Numbered from the stretch's first letter, positions 36,095 through 47,038 are shown. The stretch: DNA of 64,000 bases from Desulfobacterales bacterium (GCA_963674755.2 CAXXVS010000003.1:1664001-1728000); one strand, 5' to 3'. Notes: a model not told the origin generated them from the letters alone. Numbers and translations are program-made.

Positions 36095-39000
36095 TTGCAA
36101 GCCCAATTAGATTGTAAAGCGCCCGTGGGGCTGCGTGACGGCTATTACGCATCCGATGAATGGTCCTTGACCTTTGATGCCGTCTCGGATCTGATCGTGA
36201 TTCTGGACAACGACCGCCGGATCATGCGGATTAACCGCGCCATGGCCGAACGGCTTGGGGTTAAGTCCGAAGGTGCTATCGGTGAACCATTCTACAGGAT
36301 CATTCACCAAGCAGATAGCCCTCCGACAGACTGTCCGCGCATGGCGATGCTGAAAGCCGGCGAAGAGGCCTCCCGTGAAGTTTACTACCCGTGTCTTGGG
36401 GGGTGGTTCAACGTGTCGGTCGTGCCGTTGCGTGACAATGCCGGCCGCCTCTGCGGATCAATTCATGTGGCCCGCGAGATCACCGCCCGTAAACGTGCCG
36501 CTGAAATGGACCTTGTTCTGTCCCATCTGGGGTTTGAACTGAGCGCGGCACGTAATCTGGACGAGGCCCTGAAGGCTGCCCTGACAGCGGCCTTGGCTAT
36601 TGATGGGATCGACTGCGGTGGTTTCTATCTCCTCGATCGGGAAAGTGGTTTTTTGGAACTCAAAGACCATCTGGGGTTTTCCGAATCATTTGTCCGGCAG
36701 GCGTTCCGCTACCCGAAGGACGCCTCCTATTCCCAATGGGTTAAGAAGGGCGATGCCCTTTACGGTGCCAACACCCGCATTGGCGATCTGCCTGCCGATC
36801 CGGCCTTCGTCGCCGAGGGCATACTGGCGATCGGAGTGGCCCCCATTCATCACAGGAAACAGGTGATCGGATCTCTCAGCGTGGGGTCCCGTAAATTTGC
36901 CAGCATACCCGGGCAAGCACGAAAAATAGTCGAACGGATCGCGCGATTGATCGGCGGGACGCTGGACCGGATCAAAGCTGAACAACGCCTCCGGGAAAGT
37001 GAGGCGCGTTATCGCCTGCTGGCGGAAAACACCACCGACATGATCTCCCGTCATCGTGCCGACGGCACCATCGTTTATCTGTCGCCAGCTTGCCGGGACA
37101 TTCTGGGCTACGAAGTCGACGATCTGCTAGGCAATGATCCTTACGCCATCGTTCACCCCGATGACGTGGACGATTTGAAGGCAAGCAACGCCGCCATTCT
37201 GAACCCGCCGCACCGCGAATCGCTTTGCTACCGCTGTAAGAGAAAGGACGGTGCCTACGTGTGGGTGCGGTCCAATGGCTGTGCCATCCCTGCTGCGGCA
37301 GGTGGTTTCGAAATCGTCCTTTCCACGCGGGATGTTTCCGCCGAAAAGAAGATCGAAGACGCCCTCAAGGATGCGCGGAATTTGCTCGAAACCCGTGTTC
37401 AGGAGCGAACCGCTACGCTTATGCAGGTTAACAATCGGCTGATAAATGAGATCGAGCATCGTAAGACGGCCGAAGACGCCCTGAAATACAGCGAGCACGA
37501 AAAGACGGCGATTCTGGACGCCATCCAGGAGCGGGTGATCTTTCATGATTTAGAGCAGCGCATTATCTGGGTCAACCGCTCGGCCGCCGCAGCGGCGGGG
37601 AGAACCCCTGACCAGTTGGTCGGGAGGCGCTGTTTTGAACTTTGGGGGTCCGGCCAGCAGCCATGTGCCGCCTGTCCGGTGGTTGAATGCCTGCAGGACA
37701 GCCGTCCCCACATGGTCGAACGCAGCCTGCCGGACGGACGAACGGTGACGATCCACGGCTATCCCTTTTTTAATGAAAACGGCGAGTTGATCGGTGCGGT
37801 GGAAGTCACTGCAGACATTACGGAAAAGCGCCAGACCCTGGAGGCCTTGAAAAGCGAACGGGACCGCACCCGCCAGTATCTGGATTTAGCTGGGGTGATG
37901 ATCCTCGAATTGGATCGGGACGGGTGCGTGACATCCATCAATCGGCGGGGTTGCCAGATTTTGGGCACGCCGGAAGATCAAGTGGTCGGGAAAAACTGGT
38001 TCGATCACTTCATCCCGGAAAAACGACGTCGTTATAGAAGGGCGTTGTTTGAAAGGACTATGGATGACATCCTGCAGACCGCCGGTCCTTTGGGATTCGA
38101 TCAGGAGGAATTCTGGATATGCGCAGCGGACGGCAGCCCCAAATATATCGCCTGGAAAAGCGTGGTTCTCCAGGATGGATCCGGCCAGGCGACGGGCATC
38201 CTCAGCTCCGGCGAAGACATTACTCAGCATAAGCTGGCCGAGGAGCAACTATTGCGCTCCAAGCAGCAGCTGCAAACGGTATTCGACGGCATCTCCGATC
38301 CGCTGATTATGCTGGATGCCGATATGTGTGTGAAAATGCTCAATCGGGCCGCCCTGATATATCTCGATCGGGAAGCCTACAGTGAGGTGATCGGGACACC
38401 ATGCGAAGCGATCGCTTGGGATCCATCCTTCCCTGATCAAGATTACCGGACAGCGACTATGCAGCGCGGCCTGCGCCATCACTTTACCCGCAAGAATGCG
38501 CAAGCGCCGAATCTTACAGAACAGGTGGATGTTTTCCCCTTGCCCGGGCGAAAAGGGAGGGATGGCGGCGTGGTCATCCATATCGCGGACATTACCGAAA
38601 AGCTGTCCATGGAAAAACAGCTGATCCAGGCCGACCGGCTTTCCTCTCTGGGCCAGATGGCCGGCGGAATCGCCCATGAGATCCGCAACCCGCTGACCGG
38701 AGTCCGGCTTTTCATGGATATCTTGTCCGATCCCGAGCGTTTTGCCATTGCTCCGCAACAAAAGGAGATCATGGACGAGATAACCGAGAACATCGTCAAG
38801 ATCGAGGGAATCATCCGACGTGTGCTAGATCTGGCCAAACAAAAGAAACCCTCGATGGAGCGGATCGCGGTCAACGATCTGATCCGCAAGACCCTGATCC
38901 TGTGGCAGGCCCGGATCAACAAAGCGCGCATCAGGTTGGAACTTGAACTCGACAGCGCCATACCGGTCGTACAAGGGGATTGGATCGAAATTCAGCAGGT

Positions 39001-39322
39001 ACTTACCAATCTCGTGTCCAACGCTCTGGAGGCCATGGATGCTGGCGGGCGGCTTTCGATCGCAACCCGATCGGGTCCCTCCAGCCTCCACCCGGAGCGC
39101 CAGGTGGTTAACATTGCCGTCTCTGACAGCGGCCCAGGTTTTTCCGAGGATGCGCGCCGCAATGTCTTCACGCCTTTCTTTACGACCAAAAGCGCGGGTA
39201 CCGGCCTTGGCCTGGCCATTTCGCACAAAATCATCGAACGTCATGGCGGCTTGATTGCGGTAGCAAATCATCCCGAAGGGGGCGCCCGTTTTACGATTGA
39301 ACTAAACGTAGCAGGAGCGTGA
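36095..39322 (+). CDS. Soluble multi-PAS/GAF sensor histidine kinase (start uncertain)
   Basis: Several PAS/PAC repeats, GAF, H-box 'AHEIRNPL', 'FTPFFTTK..GTGLGL'; no TM helix seen. Confidence 0.92.
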   Translation: MQAQLDCKAPVGLRDGYYASDEWSLTFDAVSDLIVILDNDRRIMRINRAMAERLGVKSEGAIGEPFYRIIHQADSPPTDCPRMAMLKAGEEASREVYYPCLGGWFNVSVVPLRDNAGRLCGSIHVAREITARKRAAEMDLVLSHLGFELSAARNLDEALKAALTAALAIDGIDCGGFYLLDRESGFLELKDHLGFSESFVRQAFRYPKDASYSQWVKKGDALYGANTRIGDLPADPAFVAEGILAIGVAPIHHRKQVIGSLSVGSRKFASIPGQARKIVERIARLIGGTLDRIKAEQRLRESEARYRLLAENTTDMISRHRADGTIVYLSPACRDILGYEVDDLLGNDPYAIVHPDDVDDLKASNAAILNPPHRESLCYRCKRKDGAYVWVRSNGCAIPAAAGGFEIVLSTRDVSAEKKIEDALKDARNLLETRVQERTATLMQVNNRLINEIEHRKTAEDALKYSEHEKTAILDAIQERVIFHDLEQRIIWVNRSAAAAAGRTPDQLVGRRCFELWGSGQQPCAACPVVECLQDSRPHMVERSLPDGRTVTIHGYPFFNENGELIGAVEVTADITEKRQTLEALKSERDRTRQYLDLAGVMILELDRDGCVTSINRRGCQILGTPEDQVVGKNWFDHFIPEKRRRYRRALFERTMDDILQTAGPLGFDQEEFWICAADGSPKYIAWKSVVLQDGSGQATGILSSGEDITQHKLAEEQLLRSKQQLQTVFDGISDPLIMLDADMCVKMLNRAALIYLDREAYSEVIGTPCEAIAWDPSFPDQDYRTATMQRGLRHHFTRKNAQAPNLTEQVDVFPLPGRKGRDGGVVIHIADITEKLSMEKQLIQADRLSSLGQMAGGIAHEIRNPLTGVRLFMDILSDPERFAIAPQQKEIMDEITENIVKIEGIIRRVLDLAKQKKPSMERIAVNDLIRKTLILWQARINKARIRLELELDSAIPVVQGDWIEIQQVLTNLVSNALEAMDAGGRLSIATRSGPSSLHPERQVVNIAVSDSGPGFSEDARRNVFTPFFTTKSAGTGLGLAISHKIIERHGGLIAVANHPEGGARFTIELNVAGA

Positions 39323-39325
39323 ACG

Positions 39326-40696
39326 ATGAAGGAAACAGTTCTGATTGTCGACGATGAAAAAAGCATCCGCAGCGCGATGACCCTGCTCCTAAACAACCGC
39401 TACCGGGTCTTGGATGCGTCTTCCGTTGCGGCGGCTATGCAATTGCTGGGGCGTGAAACGCCTGATTTGGTGCTGCTCGATATCGGACTCCCGGACGGTA
39501 ACGGCCTCGATTTGTTGAAAACGATTCATGATGACCGGTCTGACTTGCCGGTGGTCATGATTACCGCCTACGAAGAGACCCGTTCGGTAGTGGATGCCGT
39601 GCGCGCCGGGGCCTACGATTACATGGTCAAGCCCATTGATGCCCAAGCCCTGACCCTAACCGTGGAAAACGCCTTGGAAGCACGGCGGTTGAAGCATCAG
39701 CTCCGGGCGATTCAGAAGCCTAAAATCGACCACTATAGGCTCGGTGTTGTGGCACGCAGTGCCGTCATCCGCCAAATAGTGGACACGGCGGTCAAGGCAG
39801 GCCGGAGCATCGCAACGCCGGTGTTGATCGACGGCGAAAGCGGCACCGGCAAAGGCGTCCTCGCACGGGCCATCCATTACAGCGCCGAAGAGGCGCCGGG
39901 TCCCTTTGTGGCGGTCAATTGCGGCGCCATGACAGAGGAACTGGTAGAAAGCGAACTCTTCGGTTACACTAAAGGCGCCTTTACCGGCGCCCGGGCCGAC
40001 GGGAAATCAGGTCATTTCGAAGCCGCCGCCGGCGGCACCCTGTTCCTGGACGAAATCGGCAACATGCCTCAGACCGCTCAAGCCAAGCTTCTCGGCGTAC
40101 TGGAAGACCGCAAGTTTCTGCGGGTGGGCGACAGCCGCGAAATAGCGGTGCGCTGCCGGGTAGTGGCCGCCACCAACGCCGATCTGGAAACGGCGGTGCA
40201 GGCGGGGCGCTTCCGTGCGGATCTGTTCTACCGGCTAAACGTGGTGCGCCTGACCCTGCCGCCCCTGCGCGACCGCCGAGAAGACATCCTGCCGCTGGCC
40301 GAGTATTTTATTGACCAGTTCAACTGCAAGTTCCACAAAGGTTTCCGTACCATGACCGAAGCGGCCCAGGAAAAGCTTTTGGCATATCGCTGGCCAGGCA
40401 ATGTCCGCGAGCTTAAAAATTGTATAGAGCGGATTATCTTGCTGGAAGAAGGGGATACGCTCCAGGAGGTCCATTTCCCTTTCCTGGTTCCACCCCCCGC
40501 CGCGAGTCTGGCAATGCCTCCCCGGGTTTCCCAAAACGGTTTGATACCCTATCGGGAGGCGGTGCTGGCCTTGATCCGGGAGGCGATGCAGCGTAGCGAA
40601 GGCAATGTGGTGGAAAGTGCCCGCTTGCTTCAGATGCCGGTCCATAAACTGCGCTACCGCATTAAAAAGTATGGTCTGGGCTCTCCGACACCATGA
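39326..40696 (+). CDS. Sigma54-dependent response regulator (NtrC family)
   Basis: REC 'VDDE...LLDIGLP'; AAA+ 'GESGTGK', 'GAFTGA', 'WPGNVREL'; Fis-type HTH. Confidence 0.95.
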   Translation: MKETVLIVDDEKSIRSAMTLLLNNRYRVLDASSVAAAMQLLGRETPDLVLLDIGLPDGNGLDLLKTIHDDRSDLPVVMITAYEETRSVVDAVRAGAYDYMVKPIDAQALTLTVENALEARRLKHQLRAIQKPKIDHYRLGVVARSAVIRQIVDTAVKAGRSIATPVLIDGESGTGKGVLARAIHYSAEEAPGPFVAVNCGAMTEELVESELFGYTKGAFTGARADGKSGHFEAAAGGTLFLDEIGNMPQTAQAKLLGVLEDRKFLRVGDSREIAVRCRVVAATNADLETAVQAGRFRADLFYRLNVVRLTLPPLRDRREDILPLAEYFIDQFNCKFHKGFRTMTEAAQEKLLAYRWPGNVRELKNCIERIILLEEGDTLQEVHFPFLVPPPAASLAMPPRVSQNGLIPYREAVLALIREAMQRSEGNVVESARLLQMPVHKLRYRIKKYGLGSPTP

Positions 40697-40703
40697 GCGC
40701 CCA

Positions 40704-40817
40704 AACGCCATGAGAATAATGTCATGACACTATTCTCATGGCGTTAACAAGCTGAAAATAAAACCTTTCTCACATTTTTCCCCCATTCTCCGTGGCGGCC
40801 CATGACATTATTCTCAT
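40704..40817. promoter_or_regulatory. 42-bp palindrome plus a third repeat; putative enhancer (UAS) sites
   Basis: Three TGASA-N4-TSTCA sites at 40711, 40725 and 40803. Confidence 0.6.
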
Positions 40818-40928
40818 CTCTCCGTGATCTGTTCGTCGATCCTGTTGTTACTTCATCATAACGCCATTGCACCGTAACTATTTGTAATAGCAAGGATAAC
40901 TTCTTTATCAGCGGGCTTCCTCTGTTGA

Positions 40929-40944
40929 TGGCACGCCGGGTGCA
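40929..40944 (+). promoter_or_regulatory. Sigma54 -24/-12 promoter
   Basis: TGGCACGCCGGGTGCA, correct GG-N10-GC spacing, 75 bp before ATG 41019. Confidence 0.75.
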
Positions 40945-41018
40945 ATAAGAAGGCCTCGTTCGATCACGGCAAAAGGGCACGCAGCCAGCACTTTGCCGCA
41001 ACGAGGAGAAAACGGGCA

Positions 41019-42125
41019 ATGCCGTATAGAATTCTTGCTGTCGACGATGAATCTTCCATTCGCAAAGCTTTGGCCATGGGCCTTGCGTCGCTCGGCTATG
41101 ACGTCGACGTGGCAGCGGACGGCACGGAAGCTTTGACGTTGGGCCGTAAGGCTCCCTACGACGTCATGCTCATCGATTTGCGTTTGCCGGACGGCGACGG
41201 ATTGGAGGTCGTCCGCCAGTTTACCAAGATGCAGCCGGAGCTGGTCGCGATCGTCATCACGGGCAGTGCTTCGCTGGAGAGTTCCCTCGCCGCCATCGAA
41301 CTACAGGTGGGGGGCTACCTTCAAAAGCCCCTGTCAATGCAAACGGTGATTGGCACTTTGAAGCAGGCTATCGACCGGCGAGAACAATTGCAGCAGCGGA
41401 TTCAGATCAACAAACGGGACCTTCCGACACCCCCTATCAAGGGTGGTGGTATAAAAAAAGAAGCCGTCAAAACAGTGCCCATGCTTGTCCATCAGATTCG
41501 CAACCCATTGAGCGCCATTCTCGGCAGCGCAGAAATGGCCCTTTTCGATTTGGATGATCCTCGGGCCCTCCGTAATCACCTGCAAAACATCATTACGGCC
41601 ACGAAAGCCATTGATCAGATCAATGCTTCGCTGCTTGGCGACGCTAAGCCCGGCGCTAGCTGCTTTGAGGCTGTTAATTTGCGCCAAGCCCTGGAACAGG
41701 CGCTTGCCATGTTCCAGGATTTGATGCGCTATGAGGGCGTTATTCTGGAAGTCGATTCCGCCGCGGCTGACGGCGCTGTCCTGGGCATCCGTTTCGAACT
41801 GGAGCAGGTCTTCAGGAATCTGATCCTCAACGGCATCCAGGCCATGAAGGACGTCACTGAAAAGAAATTACACGTGACGGCGGGCACCGAGCACGCCGGC
41901 CCGCAGTCTCGGGTTGCCGTGCGGTTTTCCGATACGGGCTGCGGGATAACACCCGAAGACCAGCAGCGCATCTTTGAAGCCCGTTTTACCACTAAAACGA
42001 ACGGCATCGGCATCGGCCTGCCGGTGGTGCGACAGCTATTGCACGGCATGGGCGGCCGTATCGCCTTGGAAAATAGTTCGGAAAGAGGGACGGTATTTGT
42101 CGTTTCGCTGCCCCTTCTCGGTTGA
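41019..42125 (+). CDS. REC-histidine kinase hybrid
   Basis: N-terminal receiver, 'HQIRNPL', 'DTGCGI', 'FTTK..GIGIGL'. Confidence 0.9.
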   Translation: MPYRILAVDDESSIRKALAMGLASLGYDVDVAADGTEALTLGRKAPYDVMLIDLRLPDGDGLEVVRQFTKMQPELVAIVITGSASLESSLAAIELQVGGYLQKPLSMQTVIGTLKQAIDRREQLQQRIQINKRDLPTPPIKGGGIKKEAVKTVPMLVHQIRNPLSAILGSAEMALFDLDDPRALRNHLQNIITATKAIDQINASLLGDAKPGASCFEAVNLRQALEQALAMFQDLMRYEGVILEVDSAAADGAVLGIRFELEQVFRNLILNGIQAMKDVTEKKLHVTAGTEHAGPQSRVAVRFSDTGCGITPEDQQRIFEARFTTKTNGIGIGLPVVRQLLHGMGGRIALENSSERGTVFVVSLPLLG

Positions 42126-42158
42126 AGGTCTGAAAACGTAAAACCAAGGGAGTGTTAC

Positions 42159-42668
42159 ATGCAACAACATACATCGACCAAGACCCCCCTTCCGGCTGAC
42201 CGGGCGGGGAAGTACCTCACCTTCTCATTGGAGGATGAAGAATTCGGTATCGAGATCCTGCAGATCAAGGAGATCATCGGCATGATGCCGATTGCTTCGG
42301 TTCCCAAGACACCGGACTATGTCCAGGGGGTGATCAACCTGAGAGGACGAGTGATCCCCGTTATCGACCTGCGCCGGCGCTTCGGTCTGCAAGCCGTTGA
42401 AGCCAACGAACGCACCTGTATTGTGGTGGTGGAAGCTGGCGGACGGCGGTCCGGCGGGGATTTGCTCACGGGTTTAGTGGTGGATTCGGTTTCCGAGGTG
42501 GTCACCATACGCGCGGAGGATACGGAAGACGCGCCCGTATTCGGTGCCCAGATGGATACGGCCTATCTTCTCGGCATGGCCAAAATCGAAGACCGGGTCC
42601 GGCTGCTCCTCGATTTGGCGCCGGTGTTGAATATCAATGAATTGGAATCGGTCTGCAAAGCCGCTTAG
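42159..42668 (+). CDS. cheW: Chemotaxis coupling protein CheW
   Basis: 'YLTFSL', 'GVINLRGRVIPVIDLR', 'GLVVDSVSEV'. Confidence 0.95.
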   Translation: MQQHTSTKTPLPADRAGKYLTFSLEDEEFGIEILQIKEIIGMMPIASVPKTPDYVQGVINLRGRVIPVIDLRRRFGLQAVEANERTCIVVVEAGGRRSGGDLLTGLVVDSVSEVVTIRAEDTEDAPVFGAQMDTAYLLGMAKIEDRVRLLLDLAPVLNINELESVCKAA

Positions 42669-42708
42669 CGGCCATGTTTGATTATGCAGAGCTGAAAACG
42701 AAAGGAAA

Positions 42709-44619
42709 ATGAAAATGATGTCACATTGGGGTATCGGAAAGAAAATTATGGCGGGTTTCGCCCTTGTACTGTTGCTCATGCTGGTAGTGGGTGGCATTGC
42801 CTACTGGGGACTTTCTTCGGCTTCGAGCGGTTTTACCGAATATCGTGAAATGGCCCGCGATGCCAACCTGGCCGGCGAACTGCAAGCCAACATGCTGATG
42901 GTGCGTATGAACGTCAAGGATTTCCTCATCAGTGGCAGCCAGAAGGACATTGACCAATACCAGGAATATCTAGAGCAAATGAACGGTTTTCTTGAAACCG
43001 CGCAGATGGAGATCAAGGACCCCGAGCGTGCACGCTGGATCGACGAGATTGACGATGCCTTGAAAGAATATTCGGCCAGCTTCGACAAAGTAGCCTTATT
43101 GATGAAGGAGAGAAACAGACTTGTGCATGAAGTCTTGGACATCAAGGGCCCTGCCCTAGAGGCCAACCTGACCGACATCATGACCAGCGCCGATGAAGAT
43201 CAGGTTACTGCGGGCGCCTTCCACGGCGGACTGGCTCTGAAGCGCCTGCTGCTGGCCCGTCTCTACGCCGTCAAGTTTCTCGACAGCAATGACGCGAAGA
43301 CTGTCGATCGGGTTAGCGAAGAGTTCAGCAAGATGCAGGCCCAGCTCGACACCCTGGAAAAGGAGTTGCGGAATCCGACGCGTCGAAAACTATTGGAAGA
43401 CGTTTCAGAAGGCAAACAAATTTATGCGAAGGCTTTCTCCGAGTTAGTGAACGTGATCAATGAACGCAACACGATCATCAGTGGAACACTTGATCGCATA
43501 GGTCCGGAAGTCGCGGCCGGTGTAGAGCATGTTAAGAAGGATATTAAGGGCGTCCAAGACACGCTTGGTCCGAAACTAGTCGCCAACAACAACCGTGCCG
43601 TCACCCTGATGATCATCATCAGTGTCGCCGCCCTGGTTCTGGGCACCTTCCTGGCCGTGGTGATCACGCGCGGCATTACCGGACCGTTGAACCGGACCAT
43701 CGAGGGGCTTTCCTCGGGTGCCGAGCAGGTGGCCTCGGCCTCGGAACAAGTGTCGGCCTCGAGCCAGTCCTTGGCCGAAGGCGCCTCGGAGCAGGCGGCC
43801 GCCATTGAGGAGACTTCCGCTTCACTGGAAGAAATGGCTGCCATGACCAAACAGAACGCCGATAACGCCGGCCAGGCCAATGCCATAATGAAAACCACCG
43901 ACAAGGACGTGAACGCCGCCACGACCGCCATGACCGATCTAACCGTCTCCATGCAGGCCATCAACGATGCCAGCGAGGAGACCCAGAAGATCGTCAAGAC
44001 CATCGACGAGATCGCGTTTCAGACCAACCTGCTGGCCCTGAACGCGGCCGTGGAAGCGGCTCGGGCCGGTGAAGCCGGGGCCGGGTTTGCCGTGGTGGCC
44101 GACGAGGTCCGTAACCTGGCCATGCGGGCCGCAGAAGCGGCCAAGACCACGGCCGGACTGATCGAGGGTACGGTCAAGAAGGTCGGTGACGGTTCCGATC
44201 TGGTTTCCCGCACCGGCGAAGCCTTCAGCCAAGTGGCGGCCGGTTCCGCCAAGATCGGGGATCTGGTGGCTGAAATTGCGGCTGCTTCGACCGAACAAGC
44301 ACAGGGCATCGAACAGGTCAACCGGGCCGCCTCGGAAATGGACAAAGTGACCCAACAAAACGCTGCCAATGCCGAGGAATCGGCCAGTGCTTCGGAAGAG
44401 CTGACCTCACAGGCCGAGCAGATGAACGCCTATGTCCAGGAATTGCTATCACTGGTGGACGGTGGCGGCCGGCGGGGTATGGATGGGGCTCCCATGGGCC
44501 GCCCTAAGCTGATCAAGAAAGTCGTCGGGCAAGCCATCGCGAGACAGGTTGCCCATCGGGCAAGCCGAAACGATGCGGTGATCCCGCTGGAAGACGACGA
44601 AGTGCTGAAAGCTTTTTAA
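42709..44619 (+). CDS. Methyl-accepting chemotaxis protein with large helical periplasmic domain
   Basis: Two TM helices; '[34 protein letters not shown]'. Confidence 0.95.
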   Translation: MKMMSHWGIGKKIMAGFALVLLLMLVVGGIAYWGLSSASSGFTEYREMARDANLAGELQANMLMVRMNVKDFLISGSQKDIDQYQEYLEQMNGFLETAQMEIKDPERARWIDEIDDALKEYSASFDKVALLMKERNRLVHEVLDIKGPALEANLTDIMTSADEDQVTAGAFHGGLALKRLLLARLYAVKFLDSNDAKTVDRVSEEFSKMQAQLDTLEKELRNPTRRKLLEDVSEGKQIYAKAFSELVNVINERNTIISGTLDRIGPEVAAGVEHVKKDIKGVQDTLGPKLVANNNRAVTLMIIISVAALVLGTFLAVVITRGITGPLNRTIEGLSSGAEQVASASEQVSASSQSLAEGASEQAAAIEETSASLEEMAAMTKQNADNAGQANAIMKTTDKDVNAATTAMTDLTVSMQAINDASEETQKIVKTIDEIAFQTNLLALNAAVEAARAGEAGAGFAVVADEVRNLAMRAAEAAKTTAGLIEGTVKKVGDGSDLVSRTGEAFSQVAAGSAKIGDLVAEIAAASTEQAQGIEQVNRAASEMDKVTQQNAANAEESASASEELTSQAEQMNAYVQELLSLVDGGGRRGMDGAPMGRPKLIKKVVGQAIARQVAHRASRNDAVIPLEDDEVLKAF

Positions 44620-44645
44620 GCCGCTTTCACCATAGGATAACATAG

Positions 44646-44674
44646 AGGCCGGCTTCGAAGGGAGCCGGCCTTTT
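44646..44674 (+). terminator. Rho-independent terminator
   Basis: AGGCCGGCTTC / GGAGCCGGCCT plus TTT. Confidence 0.8.
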
Positions 44675-44741
44675 CCAGGGATACGGAGGATCCGTTCAGA
44701 CCCTCAGGTTAATCGCCACTGGTTTCCATAGCCATCTCACC

Positions 44742-45416
44742 ATGAGACTGTCCCAATCCTTTGGCGACAAGCACGCTCCCGGACGGTGGCCATGGACAGC
44801 GAGGCCATGGAGTCCGTCGAAGCCACCCGTCTGCGGGGCGAGGGCACCAGGTGGCGCATACGCCACGAGATCTTGCCCAATGCCATGCAGCCGCCACTGG
44901 CGGCGGAGTTCGGGCTATGGTTCTGCTTCATCTTTCTGTTTATTGCCGCCTTGAGTTTTCTGGGCCTCGGCATCGAGCTCCTCCTCACACACACGGCGGA
45001 TTGGGGCAGCATGGTGTGCGAGAATGCCGGCACCGTCAACTGCTACCCCACCGAATTGTCCGGCGGGAAGAAACAGCGCATCCGCATCGCCCGCGCGCTG
45101 GCGGCCGCGCCTGAACTTATCATTTGCGACGAGGTTACCTCGGCCCCCGACCAACTGGTGGCGGAAGGCATCCAGCGATTGTTGCAGGATTTGCAGAACA
45201 ACCTCAAGGTATCCTACCTTTTCATCACCCATGACCTGGCCACCGTAAAGGCCATTGCCGACGAGATTGTCGTCATGCTTCGGGGGCGGGTGGTGGAGAA
45301 GGGCCGCCGGAAGGAAGTGCTGGCGCCGCCACCACGAATACACCGAACGCTTGTTGGCTTCGGTGCCGGAAATGGACCCCGACTGGCTCGACAATCTCCT
45401 TGAAGAGCGGGCTTGA
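44742..45416 (+). pseudogene. Deletion-fused remnant of peptide ABC permease (DppC-like) and ATPase (DppF-like)
   Basis: 'EATRLRGE...EILPN...LSFLGLG...DWGSMV' joined in frame to 'ELSGG..QRI.IARAL...ICDEVTSA...FITHDL'; no Walker A; frameshifted tail HHEYTERLLASVPEMDPDWL. Confidence 0.8.
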
Positions 45417-45713
45417 CCGCCTGCTCCGCCGGTTTTTTGCGGTCGGATTATAATATCCTCGGCATCCATGGCGGTCGGAGCACCGTTGCCGGCGGTGAGT
45501 ACCCGGCCCGACCGAACAGCTGATCGTATGGCCCATTCCACGGAACTTGTCTCCCTACCACCCATCGTTCGGACACCCTCCCACGCGCCGCTTGCATCCC
45601 ATTCGTGACGCATTACGTTTGCATATTGCCGCAGGCCGGTGCCCCAGCGCTGCTAAGAGGCACCAATGGCATGCGGCCACCTATTGTTCGTATTCGTTTA
45701 AGACAGGAGGACT

Positions 45714-46004
45714 GTGATGAAAACCGATCCTTGCCGCATCTCACAGGATGAGAAACAGCGGATGATCGCCAACGCCGCCTATTTCCGGGCGGTACGCATG
45801 GGTTTGGGCCATACGGATCCTGTGGCGGATTGGCTGGCGGCCGAAGCCGAGATCGAGAACGCGATTAAAACCGGCTGCCGCCGGAGCCTTTCGTTTCCCC
45901 AAAAAAAACGGAGCCAACGCGCGGGACTGCTCGATGCCGTTACCGGATGGATGTATCGCGTGACGACCCGCCACCGTCCCGAACCGCACAGCCGCATCGA
46001 ATAG
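45714..46004 (+). CDS. DUF2934-domain small protein
   Basis: 'MIANAAYFRA...G.....DWLAAEAEI'; RBS AGGAGG. Confidence 0.78.
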   Translation: MMKTDPCRISQDEKQRMIANAAYFRAVRMGLGHTDPVADWLAAEAEIENAIKTGCRRSLSFPQKKRSQRAGLLDAVTGWMYRVTTRHRPEPHSRIE

Positions 46005-46192
46005 GGACGGGGGATGCGGCAGTTGCAACGGGGACGGCCAAGCGTGATCGTGCCGCTGCCTTGTAGCCTGACGCGCAGCATAAAACGGTGCTCCCTGCCA
46101 GGGCAGCGGTCTTCTTATGGGAGCATCCCCTTGTAAAAATTGATAGGCTGATTCGATTCCGGAGGGGAGCGGTTCACGATGAACAGGGTGCC

Positions 46193-46822
46193 CTAACGTT
46201 GGCGTCCGCCTGGATGCCGGGGATGCCCTGCGGCCCCGACGGCATAGGGCCGCCGGGCGAAACCGATGGGGCCGAGAGGCAGATGGATGGCGCCCAGGTG
46301 GAAGGGATGCACCGTCAAGGATGGGCGGCCTGAACCATGGCCCGGGCGATGATTCGACCGGTAGCGGGACGGTTTGGGGCGGTAATGCGGCCCACCGTAG
46401 GGCCGGTATCCATAAGTCGTGACCGGAATGAGGTAGCGGCGGTTCGCTGCCCAGCGCGCATAGCGCGCCTCCACGGCTGCCAGGCGCTGTTCGGTCTCTT
46501 GCAGGACTTGTTGTGTCTTTTGTTCCGTTTCGGCAAGGCGGCGTTCCAATTCCGCCCTCTGGTCAGCCTTCTGGCGGGCTAATTGGGCTTCGCGTTCGCG
46601 GAGCAGCATCTGCTGTTTTTCAGCCTCCTGCCGGGCCTGAACGGTCGCCTCATCGGAACCCCCTTCTTCCGTCGGGATGAGAACCTCGGCATGGGCGGGC
46701 GGATTCAGATTGGAAATATGCCGGATACCGTCCGCATCCTTCCAGCTATAGATATCGGCCCATGCGTGCGGGATCCATAGGGTGCTCACTAAAATACAGA
46801 TCCAATAGTTTCTGGTTTGCAT
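46193..46822 (-). CDS. DUF4124-domain exported protein
   Basis: Signal peptide, then 'ADIYSWKDADGIRHISN..P' and a coiled coil; RBS GGAGG. Confidence 0.8.
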   Translation of the reverse strand: MQTRNYWICILVSTLWIPHAWADIYSWKDADGIRHISNLNPPAHAEVLIPTEEGGSDEATVQARQEAEKQQMLLREREAQLARQKADQRAELERRLAETEQKTQQVLQETEQRLAAVEARYARWAANRRYLIPVTTYGYRPYGGPHYRPKPSRYRSNHRPGHGSGRPSLTVHPFHLGAIHLPLGPIGFARRPYAVGAAGHPRHPGGRQR

Positions 46823-47038
46823 GGGAACCTCCCTTCGGTGGGTTGCGACTCACCAATGACCGACATCAATCCCTTGGCGTTCACCTCTAAACGGGATGCT
46901 ATCCATCATTGTTCCCGCTGACAACGGCGGAAAGAAGCGGGCTAACCGGAAGCATGTCGCTACGCTTTTTACCCCTTTAAGGAATAAGACGCCCCAAGCG
47001 GATAAAGCGTCTACATCGCAGGGCAGAGGGCGGTAATT

